In this document: positions 1 to 11,976 of the stretch, piece after piece
Numbering within the stretch: position 1 is the first letter of the stretch
Layout of the letters: the number at the start of each line of letters is the position of its first letter
NCBI GenBank assembly: GCA_032718475.1
Contig: JAUCBJ010004780.1
Span: 13,177 to 77,176, forward strand
From: Nemertoderma westbladi
Taxonomy: Eukaryota; Animalia; Xenacoelomorpha
Reading direction: 5' to 3'
DNA: 64,000 nt
Notes under the pieces: generated by a model
The model's input: the letters and a program-made list of their open reading frames with translations, nothing else
The model's database searches: none
What the model was told of the DNA's origin: nothing
Translations under genes and position numbers: made by a program

Positions 1-503
1 TAGCTCCACACCAGCAGAGACTTGACCAATAATGGGAAGGATTAAATTTGTACTCAATAATTGTGCGGTTTAATTACGTTTAGATCAATTAAAGACACAT
101 TTATTAAAGCAAATCACTTAAACTAATTAAAAACTATAATAGAATGGCGTATGGGGATTATATCTGTATAATTTTTAAGTATAATTATTTAAATCTTATA
201 CTGTAAAACAATTAATTTCCTTTAAAAGGCAGGTTGAAAATGGCGTTTTCACCGCAATCAACTTAATTAACTAATTAACTGCTATTATCTTAGCTTCTCG
301 AAGGCCACACGGAAATTCTACTTGGAAAATTTCTAAACTTTTGCCAAACAACATGTGTACCAAGTTTGGATAGATTTCATCAAAGATTGGCCGAGTTATT
401 AACGTTTAAAATTGAACACGACAGAACGACAGAACGACAGAACGACAGGTTGATTAATGGTACCACTACGCTAAGGCTCACTCACTTCGTGGCTCGCCCC
501 ACA
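1..503 (+). mobile_element. Probable 3' part of a non-autonomous Helentron/HINE-like element
   Basis: (ACAGAACG)n microsatellite at 421-447 followed by a short GC-rich hairpin-like end (ctaaggctc...cgtggctcgcccca); a similar end occurs at 39965-40000. Family assignment is inferred from layout only. Confidence 0.35.
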
Positions 504-1217
504 AGATAGTAATTTGTTGTTTATTTGGGTGAATAGCCTAATCATTGAAACCCGGGTCCAATCTGCTTCAAATTAATATCCCAGCTGCGACATGAGTTTG
601 ATGAATACACGGTATTAATATACTCTACCCGATAAATGTTTTGTTACCATAGTTGCCATATTGTACCAATAATATGTAATATATGCCTTTCAAATATCGC
701 CCAACCATCTGCTTTCAATCCGTTGTTATTATTATAGAAACAAAGTTCACAGTAGATATATAAGGATAATAACGAGTAGAACCATTTTATCATAGATACA
801 AAGATTCAATAACAACTAGAGTAGGCCTGCATACTTTTCAATTTATTAATAGATATAATTATTGTAATGATGTCGCTGTCAGTCAACCCACTATTGATGC
901 CAAAACGTTCGACAAAAGAGTCAAGTGAATTACAATCTCCCCACATACAGTACTCTATTAATAATAATTATTATTCTGGACATATAGTGACTGGAAGTGA
1001 ATTAATTTGTAAGTTTGCCAGAGACTATCCCCACCCACAATTAATCTTGCACTGGTTACACCTGCCCCGAATTGGATCATTATGATATTGGATATAATAT
1101 ATGTTTGCTGTTAATCGATTTCGGGCCACTTTAGAAATTCAACATTAAAGTAATTTTGAGTACCATTTTAATTATTTAGTTATCTCCAAATGTTGCGTCT
1201 GTATCTATAACTCTACA

Positions 1218-3722
1218 ATGGAAAGTCACGAAATTTTTAAACCTACTTATGGATGGCGAAAATTCCGACCGTCGTTCCTCCAAGCACTCAACTCAAATCG
1301 ATGTCTTTTGTTCTTCAGTATCATTGCTGGCGGGTTTCTCAAGACGTTTCAGTATGCCCTTACCTATGGGAACTTCTCAAACATAGAACGAAGGTTCGCT
1401 TTAACTGGCGTTCAAGTTGGAACATTGGCTGGAGTATACTATATTTCTGCGGCTTTAGTAACTGTACCATTAAATTATGTTACTCCATACCTAAACCGCC
1501 CTAAAGTTTCAGCTATTATAATTGCTATCAGTTCTTTTGGTTGTTTCATTTGTTACATTCCTAATTTCGCTTCATTATTGTATAGTAAGGTGTTTAACAA
1601 TAAACCCGAAATTCCAGCAACAACGACTCCAAAATACGTAGACTTGTCTCAAAATAATGATTACATCCCAACTTCTACACCGCATCCCGAAGTTGTTAGT
1701 AAATCCTACCATGTGGAATTCGGTTTTATGGTTTTCGGGCAAATGATTGTCAGTCTAGGAACAGCGATCGCCTACCCTCTGATCTACTCCTATCTACATG
1801 ATCGTGGTTCAGATAGATCGCTTTCCTTAAATAGGGGAGTTTTTATGGGAGGTAGTCATTTTGTTTTGGTATTTTTGTTTGTTATCGTGGCTGCGTTTCT
1901 CTCTGTTGATGGAGATTTGAATTCGACTGTGTCGGATCCCTTGGACCCCAGGTGGATCGGGGCCTGGTGGGGTAGCTACATACTGTTTAGTTTGTTAATC
2001 GTTCCGATTGCGTTTCTTATTTCGGGGTATCCAAAACAGGATCAACCAGCTGACCAACCATCAACACCTGCTGGCGGGACAAATTCTACTACAGAGGATG
2101 TTACACTCAATTTTTTAAAAGTTCTCAAAACTCCTGTTGGAGATAGGCCTACACCTGAAATCGCAAGAGAGGGTAAGCTATCAAATGGCGATAAATTTCA
2201 CATAACCGCAGACATGAGTAGGCCAACACCTTTTCATGTTATCCCTCCCGAATGCAATTCAAATGCTGGCGAACAGAATAAAAGACGACATTTTATCGTT
2301 CCACCCAATACCATTGACATGTCAGCTGTAGCAGATGGGTATATTGTACCTCAAATCTGGACAAATGTAACCCTCGAAAGGGAAAGTAGTATTATTGAAA
2401 GTGAATTTAGCAACGATTATATTGAAATGAAACCCATACAAATTGATGATGAGTATATGTTAATGACCAGTCCCGAACTTCCAGTTGAAATGTCTGATGA
2501 AAAGAAGTCTAGTTTCAAAACAATGATCAGGAAATCCCGACAATCAATTATTCAAAAACAGCGATCATTTAAACTTAAAACAATTCCCAAACAAAAACTT
2601 CGCTTGAAAAACATTGCTGTTGAAATCTCTCAGGACTTAAAAGTTTTGCTTAAATCAAATAAACGATTTTGGTTGTTAATTATCTGTCACACTGCCGAAT
2701 GTTGGATATTGTCGAGTATTTTCCCGTTTGCAGTGAAATATTACGAACAAATGTTCGGTGTGACAAGTACAAGTGGAGCACTAATACTGGGATTAATCGT
2801 TCTGCTATTCGGAAGTTTTGGAACGATTGGCAGCGGTTATTTTATCAAAAAACGGGAATTAGAAACAACCTTGGGTGTTTTGAAAGTTTTGGGTGTTGTG
2901 ATAGGCCTACAGATTCCTTTGGCCACAATGTTCCTTGTGTGGTGTCACGGAACACCTTACCCTGGAGTCAACACCCCCTACCCATTTGGGGATACCAACA
3001 ATGAATTAAATGTCAGCCTAAATGCATTCTGTAATTATGAATTAAATTGTGAAACCAAGTATTACTCTCCCATTTGCATAAAAGGCTATAATATATACTC
3101 ACAATGCTTCGCCGGGTGTAAAGCAGACGCCTTTCCATGTTTTTGTTTTACACGTCATGATGATATGAATGCGACAATGATTAGATCGGGGGTTTGTACA
3201 AAGCATTGTTATCTACTTGGCTTCCATTTGACTCTGCTGGCGGTATTTTCCTTTCTTTATCTGTCGGCTGAAGGTCTTACAATGGACTTATGTCACAAAT
3301 CACCAGTCCGATCTAATAAAGTGTTAGCCGGGTCTCTGTTGATGGCTGTGTCGTCGCTTTTCGCTCGCGTCCCTGCCCCTATCATAGCTGGAGCTGTTGT
3401 AGACTCACACTGTTTGTTGTGGTCGCCTTATGGCACCAACCAATCATCCAATTGTTTGGTGTATGATAATTGGGGGTTAGCTATGTCCCTATTTGGATTT
3501 GTTATCACCCCTGCGTGTGTGGCTACTTTCTGCGTCATCGCGTTATTCCTGATATTTAAGAAACTGGAGAACCATCCTTGGATCGACATTTCGCCGGAAA
3601 GAGCAAAGAAACTGCGACTTAAATTACATGTGGAGAGTAACTTAACTGAGACAGGAAGTGTTATATTATCAAAAAACACAATGAATTGCTCTCAACAATC
3701 GATAAACGAATATAGTGTCTAG
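1218..3722 (+). CDS. Organic anion transporting polypeptide (SLCO/OATP family), single coding exon, 834 aa
   Basis: SNIERRF near TM1, OATP signature DPRWIGAWW, Cys-rich Kazal-like loop (FCNYELNC...YSPIC...YSQCFAGC), PAPIIAGAVVDSHCLLW and C..YDN motifs, about 12 hydrophobic segments; AATAAA at about 3736. Confidence 0.93.
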   Translation: MESHEIFKPTYGWRKFRPSFLQALNSNRCLLFFSIIAGGFLKTFQYALTYGNFSNIERRFALTGVQVGTLAGVYYISAALVTVPLNYVTPYLNRPKVSAIIIAISSFGCFICYIPNFASLLYSKVFNNKPEIPATTTPKYVDLSQNNDYIPTSTPHPEVVSKSYHVEFGFMVFGQMIVSLGTAIAYPLIYSYLHDRGSDRSLSLNRGVFMGGSHFVLVFLFVIVAAFLSVDGDLNSTVSDPLDPRWIGAWWGSYILFSLLIVPIAFLISGYPKQDQPADQPSTPAGGTNSTTEDVTLNFLKVLKTPVGDRPTPEIAREGKLSNGDKFHITADMSRPTPFHVIPPECNSNAGEQNKRRHFIVPPNTIDMSAVADGYIVPQIWTNVTLERESSIIESEFSNDYIEMKPIQIDDEYMLMTSPELPVEMSDEKKSSFKTMIRKSRQSIIQKQRSFKLKTIPKQKLRLKNIAVEISQDLKVLLKSNKRFWLLIICHTAECWILSSIFPFAVKYYEQMFGVTSTSGALILGLIVLLFGSFGTIGSGYFIKKRELETTLGVLKVLGVVIGLQIPLATMFLVWCHGTPYPGVNTPYPFGDTNNELNVSLNAFCNYELNCETKYYSPICIKGYNIYSQCFAGCKADAFPCFCFTRHDDMNATMIRSGVCTKHCYLLGFHLTLLAVFSFLYLSAEGLTMDLCHKSPVRSNKVLAGSLLMAVSSLFARVPAPIIAGAVVDSHCLLWSPYGTNQSSNCLVYDNWGLAMSLFGFVITPACVATFCVIALFLIFKKLENHPWIDISPERAKKLRLKLHVESNLTETGSVILSKNTMNCSQQSINEYSV

Positions 3723-4474
3723 TAATTAGGTTATTAATAAATTAAATTTTGGTCTATTTTGTAAATAATGGTTTTCTAATGTAGTTGATACAGCTGTTAT
3801 ATAATTATTATAAAAATCACGTTGCCTAGCATTGACTTTCAATTTCAATAGTCGCTTTGTAAACTTCAGTCATTCAGTTTCAAACATTTTGATAGTTATT
3901 GAGATTTGAATGTGTAATATATATTTTTTTACTGGTCGAAGTTTCCATCTCCCTGATGTTCTATTTGCGGACCTACAGTAATGGGGGGCGACCAAGGTTT
4001 CTTCGGTTTTACACTGACGTATTATTTATTAATTAATAAGTAACTAGAACTGCTGACGTCACTGTAGTCCACATAACAGAAACATCAACAAAACATATTA
4101 CAACAATGTCCATGTTAACTTTTAGTTAGTTTATAAACAATACTATCTCTATAGGCTGCTTCAGGTGTACCAGTTTGGGTTTGAGGTTAATTTTGTTAGT
4201 GATAAAAAGCATTGGATATCCTTAACCATAAGTAATCCTGCCATGTAACCCTAATCCAGCGGAATTTCAGACATAATTGACATAGACACGAAAAAGGTCG
4301 TGAATAACCAACCTGCCAACTAACCCGAACCAAAATAAGAAACCAATTACCCAACTTACATGGCAACAGATATAACCAATAACGGTTATCCCACAAACAC
4401 TTACCACCAATTATAACAGGTACGCCCCAAACAGAAAAAGAGACACTTATATGCGAGTGGGTTATATAAAGTAT

Positions 4475-5128
4475 TTATAGCTTCATCAAACCCATCACCG
4501 ATTCAAAGGTTATCTTCTCTACGATGTTTTTTGTTTTTATACTGTCGTCATGGTTACAGACTAGCACGTGCCGGTCTGAGTCTGTCCAGCGGTACCGGTC
4601 TATCCAGTATCCCAGATTGGCGACCCCCTGGGCGGTGTCCACCGGTGTGTTTAGTAACTCACTGAGGGTCACCTTGTCTATGGTCTGGTAAGTTATACTG
4701 ATTACTCGACAAATAAACCGCCGTATAGAATCCTCGAACCCGACGATATCAGCAACTAACTCGGCGCAATCCCGGAGACTCAACCAGAAACCGATGAAGT
4801 TACAAGTCTCTAAATCGTCGTGGAGTTTAAGTATCCTAGCAACCACGGGGTGGTGCTGCGTAGCCTCGTCTATGAGACACTTACATAGCGTAAAGTCTGA
4901 CGCAGGGAGGGCGGTGAGCGCTTTCAGTAGTATCTTCCGTAGCGTATCGGGTTTACTTATTCCGTTGAACTGTAAGAGTTTGAGTAGCGCGAGGTTCGCT
5001 TCCACATCGTAGGCCGCCGGTTCCCGGGCCTGGAAGTCTACGTAGCTAACTAGCGGTTCGATGTTATCCGGGTTGTATCGTTCGATACCCACTAGCTGTT
5101 TCGCTATCTGTTTCTTTTTGGATTCCAT
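4475..5128 (-). CDS. EIF3K: Eukaryotic translation initiation factor 3 subunit K, single coding exon, 217 aa
   Basis: GIERYNP.N...L..YV..Q, YDVEANLALLKLLQFN, ILLKALTALPASDFTLCKCLI, GFEDSIRRFI and IKTKNIVEKITFESV match eIF3k motifs; full expected length. Confidence 0.96.
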   Translation of the reverse strand: MESKKKQIAKQLVGIERYNPDNIEPLVSYVDFQAREPAAYDVEANLALLKLLQFNGISKPDTLRKILLKALTALPASDFTLCKCLIDEATQHHPVVARILKLHDDLETCNFIGFWLSLRDCAELVADIVGFEDSIRRFICRVISITYQTIDKVTLSELLNTPVDTAQGVANLGYWIDRYRWTDSDRHVLVCNHDDSIKTKNIVEKITFESVMGLMKL

Positions 5129-5559
5129 TATACAGTTATAATATACTGATATAGCCTAATCTGATATTTCAGTAAACAGGTACGGTCTGATGGTAGCCTA
5201 CCGTACACCTTATTTCTGTATTTGGGTTAGCCTATACTGATAGGAGTCAGCTGTCAGGGTGTAGGCAAGGACTACTGAAGCGGCTTTGGTGTAGGGTATA
5301 TACAGATAATGGTAGATGTGAAAAGGAACTGGTACCAGTAGGCAGTAGCAGTAACTACATAATGTTTTTATGACAACTATAATCTGCCTGCTACATTGTA
5401 ACTGCACATTGATTGAGATACTATGCTGGCTGAGCTTAATTAACAAAAATATTTTGCCACCACCATGAAATTCACAAATTGGCAAGCCCAATGCAGCCGC
5501 ATTAAGAATGCTATACCGGATTATCAACCTCCACCATCGCACCTCCACCACTGACCACT

Positions 5560-6775
5560 CCCTATCCCCATATGACATTCGCGAGATTATCAGCATCTTC
5601 AAAGCCAGTGAGTGTCCTTTAAGAGGCGTCTCAAGAAAGTCATGGGCTGTCCACCGTCCTTATTTTCTCCATTGGTCTGCCAAAGTTCTAGATTGTGTAC
5701 AGGCTGGTCCTCATGGCAAAAACAATGTCGCTGCAAAGCGGAAACGGCTTTGTTCAAGTTTCAAGCTTGGGGGAACAAATAAGACATGTGGCTTCCAAAT
5801 CCTGGAAAGCCTATTCAATGCTGCCTATGCCTTTCCCTTACGTATTCAAAGGTCGAAGGTCACTTCCGGACAGTGGCGGTTCTAGGGGGGGGGGGCAAGG
5901 GGGCATTTGCCTTTCCCCAGGTATCTTGGGGGGGGGCTTGCCCCCCCCCCCCCCTAGCGAAAGGTAATGTGGCAAATCCGTACCTGTGGGTACAGACTTT
6001 TGCTCGAAAACAGACCTCTCTGGGAAAAGACTTCTATTTTTTTCAAAATTTAGTTACTACCCGCGGCGGTCACCATTATAAAACACTCTGATATTTTTGT
6101 AAAATTCTGGAACTTTGGGAATTCGGGAAAAAATCGGGAAATTTTTTCAAAGTATAATAATTTTTTTAAATGTTTTTTTTTGTTTATTTTTTTTCATTGG
6201 GGGCTGCGACGAACTGTAGCTTGTTTCCGAAACGTCTTCTCCACCGTGCAGTGGCGTGCAGAAGGGGGGCACCTTCTAAGGGGCGCCAAAATTTGAGCAG
6301 CAGTGGCATCATAGCCAGCTGATAGTATGATGGTAGTTCCAAGTTTAGCTTATTGATGCTAGAAATTTTGTCAAGTCCGAAAAATTGATTTCAGCAAATT
6401 AAATATTTTGCCCCCCCCCCCCCCCCCCCCCCCAAGCAAAATCCTAGAACCGCCCCTGCTTCCGGATCCAGGATCCCAGGTACCGTAACAGAAGTCGTCC
6501 ACATGCTCAAGCATACCATCCTTCCTTTGAGCACAATGCTCATACGATCAGACATTTCGTGAGGACTTACAAAGTTTACTGTCACAGACCAACACGAGAA
6601 GGAGCCTGTTCTAATGAGCTGAGGAGCCGTTGGGCTTCCTCAAATGATTCTGAGAGTACTCCTAAAGATCTAAGTATACGCTAGATCATTGATGAGGTAT
6701 ACTTGGCTGGATTTCTTCGACAGGTGGAGTTACCATCGCCCCATCATCATTATGATGGTCTTTAAGGACATGAAT
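5560..6775 (-). mobile_element. Degenerate RTE-type LINE fragment, split by a MITE
   Basis: Visibly similar to the RT-bearing copy at 47825-49315 (e.g. tccccttacgtat, tacgatcagacatttc, gaggagccgttgggct, ccccatcatcattatgatggtct); interrupted at 5871-6458. Confidence 0.7.
5871..6458. mobile_element. hAT-like MITE (588 bp)
   Basis: TIRs CAGTGGCGGTTCTAGG / CCTAGAACCGCCCCTG, poly-G and poly-C subterminal runs, exact 8-bp TSD CTTCCGGA (5863-5870 and 6459-6466). Confidence 0.9.
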
Positions 6776-8269
6776 TCAACAAAGGCAAACATCCAGATGC
6801 AGGGCCGTATTTAGGGGGGGGGGGGGGGGGGCGAAGGGGCCGAGGCCCCAGGCCTCCCACCACAGGGGGGCCCCCACCACGATCCCACAACTATAGGGAA
6901 CGACCGAACTACAGAGGAGCCGAACATTTCCAGAAAAGTATACTTCATCCGTAGTTACAACCACAAGAGACAAGCCAACGAACCACCCAAACACATCTAA
7001 GCAGGAATCCATTGTTTCTAGTGTTTTACTATATGTTTTCAGAATGTGCTAAATAAAGTAATTAATAAAATAGGAAATTTCCGGAAAATGTATAGGAAAT
7101 TTACGGAAAAATGTAAAGGAAATTTCCAAACATTTTCTGACTCACATCCCTACTAATATATATTTACAACTACATTCAGGTTTCTTTGAAAGGTATTTGC
7201 AATAAATAGCTTGAAAAGTTAGGGTAATGAAAACGAGAGAAAAATGTGTCTTTCAGTAAAGTATAGTCTTTGAGATTCCTCGGCGCCCCGTATGTGCAAA
7301 CCCCATACAGTACAGCCCAGAGCCCCCCCCCCCCCCCCCCCAAAGTTTTCACCAAAGATACAAGTTACAGAAGGGCTGAATCTAACCAAAAAAGTAAACG
7401 AATTAGTAGGCCTATATGTACAGGTTATAAGACAGAAATATGCGCTATAAAACACTTAATAAAGATAAATTAAAAAAAAATAAAAAAATCTTCATATATA
7501 AAATTCCAATAAAAAGTCGACCGAAAACTGAAATCCTGGTATTCTGCACATGGGCGGTATGATGGGGTAAATGAGCTCCAAACACCACATTGTGGCGATC
7601 GGCTGGTGATTCTTCCTTAACCTTGGTAGTTGGTTGTCTTTTTCGCCCAATCAGAAAGTTGATTGATTTCCATGCCTGGGATGATCTCCAATCGCCTGTT
7701 GTCGTCTTTGAAGACATCAACCTCCTGGTTGATAAGCTCCTGTAGATTATCAGAGTACTGCGTTCAAGGACCCACAGTAGATATAACCTTAACTGCATTC
7801 TTGACAGCTGTAGTCCGTTTGAGTAGGGACCTTTTCTGTGCCTTAGTGAGAACTCACTAAGACTACGTCTGGTATGTAGTGCTGTACAGTAGTGTAAAAA
7901 GAAACTTCTTCTAAGACACCCATAACTTAACAACTTAAGCAACTTTTAAGAAAGGCAATAAGACATGATTGGATAGATAGATTAACCAACCTAATGTACT
8001 GTAATTAGACTTACCACAGAGGATTCCCCCTAAAAAGCTTTATGTAACAAGGACCCCCTTAGAATTACGTAAATAAGCTACAAAGCTTTACTGTAGTGCA
8101 ATTGTGCATCTAATCCTATAATTAATTAATTAAAATTAATTAATTTCTTGTAGACTATTTTTAATATTCTGCCCAAATCATGAATTAATTATTATTATTC
8201 CTTAAAATATAAATACAGCATGTTGATTGCCCTACATCAAATAAATATCGTCATATTTTATGTTTACAG

Positions 8270-8496
8270 GATCACACCATAAAAATAACGGACCATGGTT
8301 TCGAACCCCGAATAGTAACGGTGAGACAGGGAGACAACGTATACTGGCAATGGGAAACATCGAGTTTCCAATCGGTTCTGGAGGTGTCCCATCTAGCTAA
8401 ACCAGTGCACAACGGCTTCACCAGCGGTGCACCATTCCCTGGCCCAGCCGCTTACAAGTGGCAGTTTTCTAGAACAGGAGTGTTTTACTTCGTAAG
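8270..8496 (+). CDS. Host gene exon A (cupredoxin-like repeat); gene begins upstream of this exon
   Basis: tttacag| ... AG|gtaaat; translates DHTIKITDHGFEPRIVTVRQGDNVYWQW...GFTSG...YKWQFSRTGVFYFV, a plastocyanin-like pattern (F.P..VTV..GD.V.W; F...G.FYF); phase 0 to 2. Confidence 0.88.
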
Positions 8497-8879
8497 GTAA
8501 ATTATCTGATCGCGTGTATGTAATATGTATTATCTATTATATTCTTTAAACATTTATATGAAAACGTTTGCAATATATTTATACAATTCATACAATAGTC
8601 ATTTATAATGACTTGAGCAACGCGGTCAACATCCAACACTGGCTTATAAGGTTATAAGATATCAAAAAGAGAATAACCAAACATAAAACAATTAAATTAT
8701 GTAGATCGACCAGTATACATACAGTATTGCAAGAAACAAAGATAAGAAATATTACATGCACTATGATATACGCACGAAAGCATAACTTACTACTCTACAT
8801 TTGATAATTTTAATAATAAATAATTAATTGTTTATATAATAATTACAAAGTTTTCTATTTAATGCTTTATTCCTTTCAG

Positions 8880-9045
8880 TTCTGGGTTGGCTAAGCAGTT
8901 TGGTGCGGTTGTTGTAGTGGCGACACCCAATGTCCACCAAGTTCACGCATCAAAAGACGCAGTAACTCCAGACCCTGTAACCATAGCTACCAACGACATA
9001 GTCTGCTGGATGTGGGAAGGATTGAAACACTTCGATGTAACTGAG
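8880..9045 (+). CDS. Host gene exon B (cupredoxin-like repeat), probable GC donor
   Basis: ctttcag| acceptor in phase with exon A; SSGLAKQFGAVVVVATPNVHQV...TPDPVTIATNDIVCWMWEG...FDVTE; donor GAG|gcaagt (alternative in-frame GAT|gtaact at 9036). Confidence 0.82.
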
Positions 9046-9060
9046 GCAAGTATCAAGTCA

Positions 9061-11340
9061 AGAGTAGTAACCAGTAGTAACCACTGTAGGGGGGAGTAGT
9101 AACCACTGTAGGGGAGAGTAGTAACCACAGTAGGGGAGAGTAGTAACCACAGTAGGGGGGAGTAGTAACCACTGTAGGGGAGAGTAGTAACCACTGTAGG
9201 GGAGAGTAGTAACCACTGTAGGGGAGAGTAGTAACCACTGTAGGGGAGAGTAGTAACCACTGTAGGGGAGAGTAGTAACCACTGTAGGGGAGAGTAGTAA
9301 CCACTGTAGGGGAGAGTAGTAACCACTGTAGGGGAGAGTAGTAACCACTGTAGGGGAGAGTAGTAACCACTGTAGGGGAGAGTAGTAACCACTGTAGGGG
9401 AGAGTAGTAACCACTGTAGGGGAGAGTAGTAACCACTGTAGGGGAGAGTAGTAACCACTGTAGGGGAGAGTAGTAACCACTGTAGGGGAGGGTAGTAACC
9501 ACTGTAGGGGAGAGTAGTAACCACTGTAGGGGAGAGTAGTAACCACTGTAGGGGAGAGTAGTAACCACTGTAGGGGAGAGTAGTAACCACTGTAGGGGAG
9601 AGTAGTAACCACTGTAGGGGAGAGTAGTAACCACTGTAGGGGGCAGTAGTAACCACTGTAGGGGAGAGTAGTAACCATTGTAGGGGAGAGTAGTAACCAC
9701 TGTAGGGGAGAGTAGTAACCACTGCAGGGGAGAGTAGTAACCACTGTAGGGGAGAGTAGTAACCACTGTAGGGGAGAGTAGTAACCACTGTAGGGGAGAG
9801 TAGTAACCACTGTAGGGGAGAGTAGTAACCACTGTAGGGGAGAGTAGTAACCACTGTAGGGGAGAGTAGTAACCACTGTAGGGGATAGTAGTAACTACTG
9901 TAGGGGAGAGTAGTAACCACTGTAGGGGAGAGAAGTAACCACTGTAGGGGCGAGTAGTAACCACTCTAGGGGAGAGTAGTAACCACTGTAGGGGGCAGTA
10001 GTAACCACTGTAGGGGAGAGTAGTAACCATTGTAGGGGAGAGTAGTAACCACTGTAGTGGAGAGTAGTAACCACTGTAGAGGAGAGTAGTAACCACTGTA
10101 GGGGAGAGTAGTAACCACTGTAGAGGAGAGTAGTAACCACTGTAGGGGAGGGTAGTAACCACTGTAGGGGAGAGTAGTAACCACAGTAGGGGAGAGTAGT
10201 AATCACTGTAGGGGAGAGTAGTAACCACTGTAGGGGAGAGTAGTAACCATTGTAGGGGAGAGTAGTAACCACTGTAGGGGAGAGTAGTAACCACTGCAGG
10301 GGAGAGTAGTAACCACTGTAGGGGAGAGTAGTAACCACTGTAGGGGAGAGTAGTAACCACTGTAGGGGAGAGTAGTAACCACTGTAGGGGAGAGTAGTAA
10401 CCACTGTAGGGGAGAGTAGTAACCACTGTAGGGGAGAGTAGTAACCACTGTAGGGGATAGTAGTAACTACTGTAGGGGAGAGTAGTAACCACTGTAGGGG
10501 AGAGTAGTAACCACTGTAGGGGCGAGTAGTAACCACTGTAGGGGAGAGTAGTAACCACTGTAGGGGGCAGTAGTAACCACTGTAGGGGAGAGTAGTAACC
10601 ATTGTAGGGGAGAGTAGTAACCACTGTAGTGGAGAGTAGTAACCACTGTAGAGGAGAGTAGTAACCACTGTAGGGGAGAGTAGTAACCACTGTAGAGGAG
10701 AGTAGTAACCACTGTAGGGGAGGGTAGTAACCACTGTAGGGGAGAGTAGTAACCACAGTAGGGGAGAGTAGTAATCACTGTAGGGGAGAGTAGTAACCAC
10801 TGTAGGGGAGAGTAGTAACCACTATAGGGGAGAGTAGTAACCACTGTAGGGGAGAGTAGTAACCACTGTAGAGGAGAGTAGTAACCACTGTAGGGGAGAG
10901 TAGTAACCACTGTAGGGGAGAGTAGTAACCACAGTAGGGGAGAGTAGTAATCACTGTAGGGGAGAGTAGTAACCACAGTAGGGGAGAGTAGTAACAACTG
11001 TAGGGGAGAGTAGTAACCACTGTAGGGGAAAGTAGTAACCACAGTAGGGGAGAGTAGTAACCACAGTAGGGGAGAGTAGTAACCACTGTAGGGGAGAGTA
11101 GTAACCACTGTAGGGGAGAGTAGTAACCACTGTAGGGGAGAGTAGTAACCACTGTAGGTGAGAGTAGTAACCACTGTAGGGGAGAGTAATAACCACTGTA
11201 GGGGAGAGTAGTAACCACTGTAGGGGAGAGTAGTAACCACTGTAGGGGAGAGTAGTAACCACTGTAGGGGAGAGTAGTAACCACTGTAGGGGAGAGTAGT
11301 AACCACTGTAGGGGAGAGTAGTAACCACTGTAGGGGAGAA
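9061..11340. repeat. 22-bp minisatellite (AGTAGTAACCACTGTAGGGGAG)n, about 104 copies
   Basis: Directly visible, nearly homogeneous tandem array filling most of host intron B-C. Confidence 0.98.
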
Positions 11341-11436
11341 TAGGCTTGCCAAGTCAGTTTAATGCAAATGAGGTGAATCATTACTGATTTCTACAAAGGT
11401 CCATCAATATCTTATAATACAAGTCGTACGTTACAG

Positions 11437-11574
11437 GTAACCAAGGTCTATAATCTGCACAACCTGCACCAAGGGCGAACCGACAACCGACTAACTGGTC
11501 GTCGTTGCCTCGCCCGTCAATTTCCCGACAACGGAGTTCTCCACTACGCTTCCAGATCCTTCCTAACTGACGAG
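11437..11574 (+). CDS. Host gene exon C
   Basis: ttacag| ... GAG|gtacgt, 46 codons with no stop; VTKVYNLHNLH...RRCLARQFPDNGVLHYASRSF completes a cupredoxin-like repeat. Confidence 0.82.
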
Positions 11575-11976
11575 GTACGTCCGATAATCATCTACATAAG
11601 AATTGATAATGGACCTTGCAGTTTATAATAATTTATCTACTACTGTACTAGTAGTGGACAACTACGACTGTTGTCTACTACTACTATACTGTACTTCCTT
11701 ATGACAAGTCGATCGCTTACGCAAATTATCCATCTTGGAGTCAGCTGGGAAAAACTTATTTGTTTCTCATGTAGGCCTACTGTAATAAATGTTAATAAAT
11801 GAAGTTGTTTCCTACACTACATACTTTATTTACTGTTTCACACTTTAATCACTAAATTGTTGAATATCTGATTACTTTATAACCTTCAACTTGATCACTT
11901 TATGTTACACTATTAGACACATTATTTACTTTTAATAAATTATTGACAATATTTTGCGGTAATTTTCTTTCATTAG

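Noticed and set aside
8943-11381. Long minus-strand ORFs with VVTTLPYSGYYSPLQWLLLSPT repeats
   Set aside because: Translation artefacts of the 22-bp minisatellite; the same peptide appears in all three frames.
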